Positions 21,919-50,554 of a stretch of 64,000 nucleotides of DNA are shown here, one piece after another. The number at the start of each line of letters is the position of its first letter. Position 1 is the stretch's first letter. Below the pieces are notes generated by a model, which made no database searches, was not told the origin of the DNA, and saw only the letters and a list, made by a program, of their open reading frames with translations. Both the position numbers and the translations under genes were made by a program. The DNA comes from the human T2T-CHM13v2.0 reference genome, Homo sapiens, in the NCBI RefSeq assembly GCF_009914755.1, contig NC_060936.1; one strand, written 5' to 3'.

Positions 21919-22453
21919 TGTTACAGGAAAAAGAGGAATTCCAGTCCAGGCTCCAAGAAAGGGCTCTTAGATCTTACACAGGAAAGAATTTGAGGTGAGT
22001 CACTGAGCACCGTGAAAGAAGCAAGTTTATCAGAATCTACTCTGTTACAGAGTAAGGCATCCTCAGAAAGCAGGAAGAGGAATGCTGTACAGGAAACTCT
22101 TAAGGAGCTACAATTAAACCTGGAATGTGCAGATGTGCTCACTGAAGGTAGGGCTATTGGTGCTATCAGTGACCATTAATCCTTCAACCTAAGCCTGCTC
22201 ATTAAGGTTCTCTCTGAGTAAAGTGGGCTGCACTCTTAGGACATCTGGACATTCTGCAGGCTTGGTGGGAGATGTCCCGTATGACCATAAATATTTCTGC
22301 AATTATAATTGGTGGTCAGCTTAGAATGTGGCTATTTTCAGACCATAGCAACCTTACAGGTGTCTTGTGAGTGCCTAGCTACTTACCTTAAGATAGAGTC
22401 ACTCTGGTCATGTTTTATGAAACCAGAGGCCTGGTAAACAGGTTTCTCTAACA
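21919..22453 (-). mobile_element. ERV1-class solo LTR (MER4/MER41 group, subfamily uncertain)
   Basis: TGTTA...TAACA termini; U5-like end AAATTCTTTCCTGTGTAAGATCTAAGAGCCC...TTCCTGTAACA on the minus strand. Confidence 0.6.
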
Positions 22454-23510
22454 CCACAACGGTGGGTAAGGTATTCTGTGAGTTTTGCACTGTCATTGCG
22501 TGATGATGGAGTACTACTCTGTATGCCTCACTTTATGGCTTGGGGGGTCAGATAACACTGAGTTCGTGATGAGCAGCTCAGGTCATGCAGTAATTTGGTG
22601 GGCCATGCTTAATTATTCAGTCCCTAATACCGTCCTGTAGCAAGCCAAAAGCTGGTTGTCAAAAGAAGAGTACGGGTGGAAGAGAGCGCTTCTCAGACCT
22701 CGGCTGCGCGGCCCTAGGAGTGCCGAGCTCACGGAACCACAGCCATGACTGAGGCCAATGTGAATCTGAAGGCCTAGCCCCTCGCCGATGCCCACCTCAC
22801 CAAGAAACCACTGGAGTTCATTCAGTAGTCGTGTAACTACAAGCAGCTTCAGAAAAGAGCCAACGAGGCCACCAAAACCCTTAACAGGGGCATCTCTGAG
22901 TTCATCGTGATGGCTGCAGACACCGAGCCACAGGAGATCATTCCGCACCTCCACTGCTGTGTGAAGACAAGAACGTGCCCTTCATATTTGTGCGCTCCAA
23001 GCAGGCCCTGGGAAGAGCCTGTGGGGTCTCCAGGCCTGTCATCACCTGTTCTGTCACCATCAAAGAAGGCTCACAGCTGAAACAGCAGATCCAATCCATT
23101 CAGCAGTCCATCAAAAGGCTCTTAGTCTAAACCTGTGGCCTCTGCCACGTGCTCCCTGCCAACTTGTCCCCCGAGGTTGTGTATCATATTGTCTGTGTTA
23201 GCATGTAGTATTTTCAGCTACTCTCTATTGTTATAAAACGTTGAAGTCAAAAAAAAAAAAAAAAAAAAAAAAAAGAAGAGTAATTATCTGCAGACAATGT
23301 CAGGGCTTTGCACCAAAATCCTAAAAGTCTACATTGTGATTCTCCTATGCGGGCCTGCCAAGGCTCCACCCAGCATCGCTCTCTGCCACTGACATGTCAA
23401 GCACCATTGGATCTGCTGGGTCATGTGACCAAGTGGTAGAGCACCTTGCACAACAGCCTGCATCTGTTGCAGAGCCTTCACTTGTTCTGGGCCCCACTCA
23501 AAACTAGCAG
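22454..23510 (-). mobile_element. ERVL internal pol fragment, host of the SNU13 retrocopy (more at ~21780-21918)
   Basis: Minus-strand translation [28 protein letters not shown] resembles the HERV-L RT/RNase H connection region. Confidence 0.7.
22673..23270 (+). pseudogene. Processed pseudogene of SNU13 (NHP2L1, 15.5K protein)
   Basis: Intronless CDS 22745-23130 (MTEANVNLKA*PLADAHLTKK...[15 protein letters not shown]), TAG at codon 11 and a 1-bp deletion; poly(A); TSD AAAAGAAGAGTA at 22661-22672 and 23271-23282. Confidence 0.96.
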
Positions 23511-27483
<3,973 letters not shown>

Positions 27484-27519
27484 TAAAAACATTTTTAAAA
27501 AAGGACAATGACTCTAGAG

Positions 27520-27830
27520 ACTCCCCGGCAGAGTTCCTCTGGGAAGCTTTTCCTCACCGAAGACGCGGCCTCAAGTCATCCCCAAGCCGGGGCTCCTGGG
27601 TGGCTTCTCAGGAAGCCAAGCTCCCTCACCCTGTGGCGACGCCGCGGGCGGAATGCGCATGCGCGCCACGAGCCACAATCGTAGGGTTGGGCGCGCCCTG
27701 CCGGCCACCAGAGGCAGCGCAGGAGCTGAGCGCACCCCATCAGCGAAAGAAGCGCGCCTCCCCGCTCTTTTCTGAACCATATCTCCTAAACTATAATTTT
27801 GGAGATCAAAAGTGCGGTGGAGCCTCCTCT
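27520..27830. promoter_or_regulatory. Small CpG-rich element with an NRF1 palindrome
   Basis: TGCGCATGCGCG at 27654-27665 in non-repetitive CpG-rich DNA. Confidence 0.6.
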
Positions 27831-27990
27831 TCTGTGGCTTGATAGGAGTGGGGGAGGTAACAAGAAGCAAAAGTACAAAGCCAATATATTAAAGTCAACT
27901 GAAACTGGAAAACTTTAAAGGCCTACCGTTTGCAATAAAACAACAAAAAGAAATCCTTGGATACAACAAATCCAAGAAATCCTTGCTCTA

Positions 27991-28434
<444 letters not shown>

Positions 28435-30260
28435 TCATTATTGTAGTCACAATATTGCTAAGATGTCAATTCTTCCCAACTGTAGAGTTGGTGCCGCTCC
28501 GACAAAAATCCCCGCAATTAATTTCGTAGATGTTGACAAACTGTTTGTAAACCTAGAATTGTAAATACAACCCTGAATAATAATGAACTTGAAGAACTCA
28601 ACTTCCAAATCCAAAACTTCTAAAAGCTACCAAAAGAGCACTATCTTTGCAAAAGAATGGGCATTCTTTCACATGAACAATATCATTTTATCTTATTTTT
28701 AATTTTTTTTCAGGGTGTTGCTGTCACCCAGGCTGGAGTGCACTGGCACCATTATAGCTCACTGAAGCCTCGAATTCCTAGGATCAAGGGATCCTCCCAC
28801 CTCAGCCTCCTGAGTAGCTGTTACTATAGGTGCCACCACGCCTGGCTGGAACAATATCATTTAAACTAAGCTTACATAGAATGTATTAATAATACAATCA
28901 CAGGCAAGGACCCTTGCTTCAAACGTGTTAGGAAGCTGCAGAATTGAGGCCAGCCAAAACAGAGAGATTAAATCACATACATTTCTAGCTTTAATTTTCT
29001 TCCTATTTTCGCAGATCATGATTTTCATAATGATAATACATGAAGTGGTCCTTATAATAAGTAGATTCTATAGAGATGTGTATTGTATCAGCAGATGTCC
29101 GGTGTAGAATGCCACTTCCATCACAGCTTCTGAACACACAATGCTATCTACAATCGATTAAAAAATATATTTCAAAAGCCAGTTTCCCCAATATAACTAA
29201 CTTCAGCATTCACTGATGTACTGAAAACTTATATTTGCCAATAATAGATTTTAGGGTAATTCATATTAAGATAGGATGGTTTTTAATATTATTTGAGGAT
29301 AGACAGGAAATTTTAGTTGAGCAGGTTCTATTTTGTTTGAGTGGATCCATTAAAAAGATTGTTATTATTGCCGAGTGTGGTGGCTCGTGCCTCTAATCCC
29401 AGCACTCTGCGAGGCTGAGGTGGGAGGATGGCTTGAGCCCAGGCGTTTGAGACCAGCCTGGGCAACCTAGGCAGACCTCATCTCCAATAAAAATACAAAA
29501 ATCAGCCTGACGCAGTGGCACGTGCCTGTAGTCTCAGCTACTTGGGAGGCTAAGGCGGGAGGACCACTTGAGCCCAGGAGTTCGAGGCTGAAGTGAGCTA
29601 TGATGGCACCACTGCACTCCAGATGAGGCGACAGAGACTCTCCCTCTAATAAATAAATCAATACATCAATGAAAAATTTTAAAAAGATTATTTGTTGACT
29701 GTCAGGGTGATTTATTCTTCTAATAAATAGAATATTTACTTACAATTATATATCTTCTCATTAATACTCCAGTTCTGGTTACAAACTGGTAAAAATTGAG
29801 ATAAAATCATAAAACTAACCAGGAAAACATTGACCTGCTAAAAACATAGAATCAGTGAAACTACTCAGGAAATACTTGCTATGACAGATTACTCTCTCTG
29901 TTAAAGGGTCCCATGTAGAGACATTTCTATGAATATTGAACAGTTAACAAAAAACTGAGACTGGGGGAGTGACAGACAATTCAGATTACAAAGCAAAAGC
30001 AACATAGGATTCAGATAAATACGATACCATGGTGAAACAAAATCTTTAAAGCACAAATGGTTTTGAATGTAGAAGCTCATATTTCACTAACTATTCACTG
30101 ATGCGTAGTCCACTTTTCAGCAGTGATCTCCAATCAGTCCCTCCTTTCACAGAAGCCAGCGCAGGAGGCGCACGCGTCGCTTCCCGCCCCGCACTTCACC
30201 GCCCCAGCCCGTCCTGGCTGCCACCCGCCGTCCCTGAGAAACGCTCAGACGCTTCTCTCT

Positions 30261-30753
30261 CTCTTTTTAAAATTATACTTTAAGTTCTGGGGTACATGTG
30301 CAGAACCTGCAGGTTTGTTACATAGGTATACACGTGCCATGGTGGTTTGCTGCACCCATCAACCAGTTATCTACATTACGTATTTCTCCTGATGCTATCC
30401 CTCCCCTGGCCCCCCACCCCCGACAGGCCCCGGTGTGTGATGTTCTCCTCCCATTGTCCATGGTTTTTATTTTATTATTATTTTTTGAGACGGAGTCTCG
30501 CTCTATCGCCCATGCTGGAGTGCAGTGGCACCATCTCGGGTTCAAGCGATTCTCCTGCCTCAGCCTCCTGAGTAGCTGGGATTACAGGCATGCGCCGCCA
30601 CGCCCGGCTATTTTTTTTTTTTTTTTTGTATTTTTAGTAGAGACGAGGTTTCACCATGTTGGCCAGTCTGGTCTCGAACTCCTGACCTCGTGATTCGCCC
30701 GCCTCGGCCTCCCAAAGTGTTGGGATTACAGGCGGGAGCCGCCGCGCCCGGCC
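30261..30753 (-). mobile_element. Composite of an Alu and an L1PA 3' end sharing one TSD
   Basis: L1PA 3' terminus ~30261-30460 abuts the Alu tail; flanking CTCAGACG(C/T)TT(C/T)TCTCT at 30244-30260 and 30753-30769. Confidence 0.75.
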
Positions 30754-30769
30754 TCAGACGTTTTTCTCT

Positions 30770-31960
30770 AGGTAAAGCCGCGGGATGAACCAGCCCCTGT
30801 GGAAATTTAGAAGTAACGACGTCCGTCAATTTCTGTATGAAAAATATACAGATCGTGTGACACGTCTTCTGGGAATGAAAGTCTGCTAAACTCGCCGTCA
30901 CGAGTAGATGAACACATTTAAAGTTTGTAGTTAAGAGGAAAACAACGCCAACGACACAAATGCCCCAAGCGCTGGATGAAGCAGCGACCTAGGATGGGGC
31001 TGGCCTGGAACGGGAACCAAGACGCCCGCCCGGACGAAAACGAGCAGGGAAACCCGGGCCGGGGTCGGCCGCCCCACACGACGCACTGCGCAGAGACCAC
31101 GCGGCTCCGGGTCTCGCCTGCGCCGGCGCATCCCTCGCAGACGCGCTCCTCCCACGCGAGGGCCCCTTCCCCGAAGCGCACGCCTAAGACTGCGCGCCGC
31201 AGCCCGCCCTGTCCAGCTGAGGCGCAGACCCGGATGGGTCCCAGAGGGGCGGGTCGGGGCGGAGAGCCGCGCCCAGAGGCAATGGGAGCCGCACGCTGCT
31301 AGGCAACATGCTGTCTCCCGGCAACGTAGAGGCGGGGAATTCGCCAACGTGTCTGAAACAGACAACAATTTTAGCCAACGGCTGCGTGGGCCTTGGGCGT
31401 CCTGGCCAATGGGAATAGTGAGGGGCCTGTCACTAAGAAACCTGTCCCTGAGCAACGCATAGGAGGGGTGGAACCCAGCAGCGCTGACTGAGCCGCCGCG
31501 AAGTGCCGGAACGTATTACCTGGGAGCCAAATTTCAGAGCGTTTGTCTTCCCAAGCCCACCAGCTTTCAGCGTTCTCCAGCCTCGCCACACCCCCGCCTC
31601 GGGCCGTCCCCGCCCAGACGCTTGTCCCCGCGAGAAGCTGAGCGCACTGAAGTGAGCCCGGCGGCTGCCGCGGGAGGAGGAGCCCGGCTCTGGACACGGC
31701 CGTCAGGAAGCTCAGAGGCTGCAGCACCGCTTCTGCGTTGATTTCCGCTTGACTTTTACTCTTTTCTTGGGTTAAAAATCAAACGCCGACCCGAGGCGTC
31801 AGAGATGGGCGGTCGTTAGGCGCAGTGGCGGCCCCCGGATGTTTGCGATGGGACGGCGGGCTCGGAACGTGTGGACGTGGGCTTTGGAGGTGCGAGCCCC
31901 ATTGGGCCAGGGCTGGGTCCGGGCAGTGGTACGGGGTCTCAGCTGTCCGTCACAGGAGAT
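30770..31960. promoter_or_regulatory. CpG island with GC boxes, CCAAT and four RFX X-box-like motifs; no coding exon attached
   Basis: High CpG density; GGGGCGG twice at ~31246-31262; CCAAT 31406-31410; GYNNNNNRGMAAC motifs between 31295 and 31456. Confidence 0.82.
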
Positions 31961-32159
31961 GTGCAGGCCTCGTCATCTGGGGTCTTACGTGTCAGTGATG
32001 TGGGGTCTGCCGGGTCAGTGAGGGGGTCTGTGAGGTCACTAGTGGGAGGCCACTCCCAAAGTGATTCCCCTCTGTCCCACCTGCTTCCCTGAGAAAAGCT
32101 CACTTATCCTTCACCAGGATTTAAAAATATATATCCTAAGACCAACCTGTAATATTTTT

Positions 32160-44040
<11,881 letters not shown>

Positions 44041-44396
44041 AGTTGAAAAGTTACTTTGGATATAACTGATTTGAATTTTATTCTTGTGAAATAGTGATGA
44101 GATTTTATATTGTCTACTTCTAAGCGGCAGACAGTCATCATGAGGCAAATAAAATTTTCTAAGGTAAGGAGAGTGAGAATGGCCTTTCCCCTTTAGTCTA
44201 TGGCAAAATAAAGGGGGGCATGGGAGAATCCTGATGGTGGAAATCATTTTATTCTCATACACAGGTTATTACAGCACAATTAGGAAGAGACAATCACAAC
44301 TCACACAATGCTATATTCAAATTATGCCAAAGTCCCAACATATTCATTTCATTTGCAAGTTAATTCCTAAAAGATCAGAGCAGAGTGATACACAAG

Positions 44397-44402
44397 TTTA
44401 TT
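44397..44402 (-). terminator. Candidate ZNF605 poly(A) signal AATAAA
   Basis: AATAAA on the minus strand with T-rich sequence downstream; other hexamers lie nearby, so the choice is tentative. Confidence 0.55.
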
Positions 44403-44644
44403 AACACAGACTACAACGTCAATGAAGCCTCCTGGCATTGTCGGAAATAGAAAACATGTATAAAAATCTTCGAAATGCAGGTTAAAATGCAAATCCAAGT
44501 GAAAGGAAAAAGCACTACTGTGAAGCCTAACAGCAATTATTTCCCGTCAAAGGAGGTTTGTGTCCAGCTGGAGAGAAGGCCTGGTGGACAGAAGACAAAG
44601 GAAGGCAAAATTCCTAAGGGAGAAATTCAAAAAAATGATGGGGG

Positions 44645-44660
44645 TGCTGCCCTCTGCTGG
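44645..44660 (-). promoter_or_regulatory. Consensus CTCF motif
   Basis: Minus strand CCAGCAGAGGGCAGCA fits CCASYAGRKGGCRS. Confidence 0.7.
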
Positions 44661-45779
44661 GCCTCTTTGGCAGTCGACTTCAACTTAATGCATTAGCGCC
44701 GTAAGGTTGTAAGAGAAGCAACTCTGGCTTGATCTTAGAAAAGCTGATTTTCTTTTTGGCAGCATATTTCCGGTGAGAACTGATGGGAAAGGTGGTGTGG
44801 ATTCGTGGACGAAGTCTCTAACGTAATCTTGACTACTGAAGGGTAAATACTTGCCCACAGGTTAGAGATTACATGAATTATCCACAACGAATGGTAGCAG
44901 ATGATGGGTCAGGGGTATTTTAATTGTACAGCATAACACTTTAGAGAGCTGGGAAGTATGGGACATCATTCCCGTCTTTCTTCACTCAGTAACTGATTAT
45001 CTTGTTTCTTGTCCACAGATATTTAACCTAAATAACAATGCTTTTTGAAGGTTGTTTGGCTAACCCAGAGGTAGTAAAAGACTTCATAAGTCTTTCTATT
45101 ACTGAAGAGGAGCTTAGTAATAACTACAAGTCTATTTATATATGTAGCAGATGGTAACAATCTCCAGAGCCACTGACATATGCAGCAGAAAAGCACAAAG
45201 AACTTTGTATTTGTTATAATTTCTACTGCATTGTCCAGATACAGATAGAAAATACTGATATGTAGTGTGGGGAATCTTGAGACATTTCAGCCTATGCACT
45301 ATGCGGCACTTGTACTGATAACTGATTATCACAATTTTATTAAATGCTCATCATTTAACAGATGGCACAGAAAATAAATGGCACACTCAGAATATTAACT
45401 CAAGAACAATTAATAAAGGCACTATTTACAAATATGTGTTCACAATTAAAGACACCCAACCAGTGGGTTGGGGAAGCACCCAGTAGTAGTTAAGTCTGAA
45501 GATCATGGAGAGGGAATGGTGTCAACTGAAACCGAGAGATCTACAGCCATAGATGGGGCTTCCCAAAGGAAGCTGTATCCTTACGGGAACACAGAAGCTA
45601 CCATGGTCCAGGCAGGAGGAAGGGAACGGTAATAAATAACTTTTTCTCCTCCCACCTCTGGTATCTCCTACTGTTCAAACCTATGAAGAAACCCCAGTCT
45701 CTAGAAGACAGCCTCAGGGGGGAGCAGAGCAGAAAATGGGGGAAAAGGGATCAAAGAAATAGGGAATACTCAGCACACA

Positions 45780-47580
45780 TGCAGATCCACAATACATACA
45801 ATTTCTGTCATGTGCCTGCTACAAATTCAAGCTACCCCGAGCCCTGAAGGAATAGGCTTCTAACTCAGATGATGCAGTCTACTCAACTATATTTAAAAAT
45901 TCACACTTAAGTGTTATCGTCATCACACTTTACTTCTAAATAAACTCCAAATACGTTATCATTACTTTGGCTTTAAGCAGCCAATTCCCTTTTAAAAAGA
46001 TTTTAAAAAGAGAGAAATATCTTTTATATTTACCCACATATTCACCATTTTCAGAACTTCATTCCTTTGTACAGACCCAAACTTAAGTTTTGTATTATTT
46101 TCCTGCTGCCCTCAAACATCCTTTAATGTTTCCCAAAGACAGGTCTACAGGTAATAAAATTACCTTTGATTTAGTTTCTCAGAAACAGTCTTTATTTTGC
46201 CTTCATTTTTGAAAACGTTTTTGACAGTAACAGAATTCTAGGTTGCAGGGTTTGTTGTTTATTTCATTAAGGAATTTAGAGATAATACTCCATTGTCTTA
46301 TAGCTTGCATAGTTCTCACCAGAAATATGCTGCCATTCTTTGTTCATGTGTATGTATTATCTTTTTTTCTCAAGGTGTTTTAAAAGTATTCTGTTTATCA
46401 GTGCTTTTCATGAATGTGACTCTGAGGTGCACTGCTGTGATGTAAATTATGTTTATTCTACTTCAGGTCATTTGAGCTTCTTGAATATGTGGGGGTATTG
46501 TTTTCACCAGATTTGAAAAATCTTTAGCCATTATTTATTCAAATACTTCTTCATGCCTCTTCATTTTCTCCTCTCCTTCTGGGACTCCAGTTAAACATAT
46601 ATTACACTACTGTAATGGTTTTCCTATTCTCTTCCTCTTCTCTAAGTCTTTTTTTCTCTCTGTATATCACTTTGGTAGTTTTTATTCTTACTCTTCAAGT
46701 TCATTGATTTTTTCTTCTTTTTCTGTATCTAATCTCTCCACTCGGGATTTTAACAAAATCAGAAGTTGATTTCATCCCTAGAAGTTCCATTTTGGCCAGT
46801 AAAAATATCTCTTATACCTCAGGTTTCATCAATCTTATGTTTTCCTCTACTTTATATTTACAATAGCTCTTTTAATATCCTTGTCTACTAATTCCATCAC
46901 CTCTGTCTTTTCTGGGTTTCTACTGATTTTTCTCCTGGTTATAAGTCATATTTTATTGCTTCTTTGCATAACACATTAGTTTTTTTGGATGCCGGACACT
47001 GTAGGTCCAGAGTAGCTTTTAATCTAGAGTTAATTAGCTGCACTACTAAAACAAAACCTTTCTGAGAATTCTACCTGATGCTCCATGTGTTTCCACTCTG
47101 TTTCCACTCTGGCTGCTGAGAACATAAACTATTCCCAGCCCTGCATGAGTTCCAGGAATTGTTCAGCCTGCTGCTTTCCAGTGCTTCTTTTCCTGGCCTC
47201 AGTGCAAGTCAGTACTAAGTCAAAGGACTCAGGGGACTCCCAGCAGACTTCTTGAGCCCTGTATCTAGAAGGATCCCATCTCTCCAGTACTTTCCCCTGG
47301 AAATTCTAGCTGCTGTGGCCTCCCCAACTGCCAGTCCTGTCTCTTCAATTCAGCGAGATTTATTGTTTCCCTTCCCTGAACTGCAACCTAGGAACTGCCG
47401 TGCGGGGGCAGGCTGAGAAACCATGGTGCTCACCTCACTCTGTCTGCAGTCTCCTGAGGATCACAAACCTGTGCTTGTCCTATGTCTAAAAACCATTACC
47501 TATTATACGTATTGTATAGCTTCCAGTTGTTTAAGGCAGGAGAGGAAATCTGACCCTTGTTATTCCATCACAGCAGTAAG
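45780..47580 (-). mobile_element. Old L1M fragments within the ZNF605 3' UTR
   Basis: T-rich antisense L1-like sequence (GCTTCTTGAATATGTGGG...TTTAGCCATTATTTATTCAAATA). Confidence 0.6.
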
Positions 47581-48146
47581 GAGAACTCTTCACATCTAAG
47601 TAAACACACCTCACACTTACAATTCACTGCTTTTTGTAATAATTGATGTATAAAGAACACCACTTCCTTACAGAACTATTTCAATAGCATCATGCTTGTC
47701 AAATTCTTTACATTATTGAGACTACTCTTCAGTATGAACCTCTGTAGGTATTATTCTCAAGTGTACAGTGAGTTGTCCTTTCTTGAAATCTTCCACTTTG
47801 TTATAAAAAACAATAGAATTTTCTTCCTGTTTAGGTATTCTAAACATTTAATAAACTGACTTTTGACTAAAAGCTTCTCTACTATCACAACACTAATAAG
47901 GTTTTCACCTCAATGAGTCATCCAATATGTAACGAGTAGTGTCTTCTGGGAGATGACTTTTTTTACACTGTTTGCTTTTTAAAAACTTCTCTTTCTAAAT
48001 TCTGCTTAGTGACTCTTGACTCCTCAATTCAAGCTTTTTCAACAGTCACTGCCTCAATAGGGTTTCTCTCCCACATGCATCCTCAAAAGTGTCAGAAAGT
48101 ATGACACTTGATAGCAACCTTTCTGCATTCGCCAAAGTCATGATTT

Positions 48147-49936
48147 TTATATTATATGATTTCTCTGATGTATCATAAGCTGCGACTTCCTGTTGAAGGT
48201 GGTCCCACACTCATTGCATCCATAGTATTTATCTCCTGTATGAATCCTCTGATGCCTCATAAGGTGTGACTTTCTTGTGAAAGATTTCCCACATTCACCA
48301 CATTTATATGGTCTCTCTCCTGTATGAATTCTCTGATGTATAATCAGCTGTGCCTTCTCAAAGAAAGCTTTTGCACAATCGCTGCATCCATAGGTTTTCT
48401 CTCCTGTGTGATTTCTTTGATGCTTAATGAGCTGCACTTTCTGAACAAATGCTTTCCCACATTCACTGCATTCATAGGGTTTCTCCCCTGTATGAATTCT
48501 CTGATGCCTAAGAAGCTGTGGCTTCCAGGCAAAAGCTTTCCTACATTCACTACATTCAAAGGGCTTTTCTCCAGTATGGGTTCTCTGATGATGAATGAGA
48601 CTTGACTTCTCACTGAAGGTTTTCCTGCATTCACTGCATTCATAGGGTTTCTCACCTGTATGTGTTCTCTGATGTGATATCAGGCTTGACTTCTGGGTGA
48701 AGGCCTTCCCACACTCACTGCATTCATAAGGCTTCTCCCCAGTGTGTGTTCTGTGATGCGTTAGGAGCTGGGACTTCCCAAAGAAGGTTTTCCCACATTG
48801 AATGCATCCATATGGTTTCTCTCCTAAGTGAATTTTTTGATGTCTTATTAACTCTGACTTCTTAAAGAAGGCCTCCTCACAATCACTGCATCGATAGTTC
48901 TTCTCTCCTGTGTGAGTTATCTGATGTTTAATCAGCTGTGGTTTTCTGATGAAGGCTTCACCACATTCGTTGCATTCGTAGGGCTTCTCTCCTGTATGAA
49001 TCCTCTGATGCCTAATGAGAAGTGAGTTCCTGCTGAAGGCTTTTTGACACTCACCACATCCGTAAGGTTTCTTCCCTGTGTGGGTCCTCTGATGAGTAAT
49101 CAGCTGCGACTTCCAAAAGAAGGCTTTTCCACAGTGACTACATGGATAGGGTTTCTCTCCTGTGTGCGCTCTCTGATGTGTGATGAGTTTTAATTTCTGG
49201 GAGAATGCTTTCCCACACTCACTGCAACTGTAGGGTTTCTCTATTGTGTGCGTTATCTGATGTCTTTTAAGCTGCGACTTCCTACTGAAGGCTTTTCCAC
49301 ATTCACTGCATCCATACGGCTTCTCTCCAGTATGAATTCTCTGATGTAAAATGAGGAGTGACTTCCTACTAAAAGCTTTCTGACATTCGCTGCACCCATG
49401 CGGTTTTTCTCCTGAGTGAGTTCTTTGATGAACCGTGAGCAGTGACTTCTGTGAAAAGGCTTTTCCACACTCACTGCATTGATAGGGCTTCTCTCCTGTA
49501 TGAGTTCTCTGGTGTATAACAAGTTGTGACTTCTTGTTAAAAAATCTGCCACATTCCATGCATAAATAGACTCCTGTGTGTGTTATGTGATTAGCAGTGA
49601 GCCATGGCTCTTCGTTGCTGGATTTTCTACATGTACTGCAATCACAGTATTTTATCCCACCATGGGTTCTGCCAGGTTTGATACAGAACAATAATTTCTT
49701 ATTGAGTTCATCAATTTTCTTTCTTTCACAATTATTTTTTGGAATAAGCAAATCAAAAGGACATTTCAAACTTTTTTCTCCTGTGCCACATTTATGGGAT
49801 CGCAGTCCTACATGAACAATGTTTATGCTTGAATTAAATATTTTTCCAAAAACATCATATTTATGGCCTCTCTCCATACTTTTAAGGTTGTCTTGATTAT
49901 CTCGGAGCCACATTTTGGGATTATCTAGCCAGACTT
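48147..49936 (-). CDS. ZNF605: ZNF605 zinc-finger exon: 17 intact C2H2 fingers plus a degenerate N-terminal finger
   Basis: Polypyrimidine-TAG acceptor at 49937-49938; phase 1, (E)VWLDNPKMW...HQRNHII*; TGEKPY linkers; gene name from recalled protein and position next to CHFR. Confidence 0.94.
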
Positions 49937-50125
49937 CTAAAAAGAGAAAAAAATGAACCATACTGTGTAATTCCTTCAATTATTATGCTTATTGCATAAA
50001 GCTTCTGAAATGGCGCCATAATCCCAGTTTTTAAAATTCCCTCAAATAATGTGTACTTATTGGGCATTGACAATTTTAACAGAAATGAAAATGAACTTTT
50101 AAATTACAAATGTTTAAATACATGA

Positions 50126-50343
<218 letters not shown>

Positions 50344-50452
50344 TAGCCAGGATGGTCTCGATCTCTTGACCTCGTGATCCACCCGCCTCAGCCTCCCAAA
50401 GTGCTGGGATTACAGGTGTGAGCCACTGCGCCCAGCCTTATTTTTTTTTTAG

Positions 50453-50554
<102 letters not shown>

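Noticed and set aside
22613-22954. 113-aa minus-strand ORF
   Set aside because: Antisense shadow of the SNU13 pseudogene
48324-49815. Antisense and shifted-frame ORFs over the finger array
   Set aside because: Usual by-product of repetitive C2H2 codon structure
49937-49979. N-terminus [14 protein letters not shown] of the 610-aa ORF
   Set aside because: It is the polypyrimidine tract and acceptor of the finger exon; the real N-terminus comes from the KRAB exons
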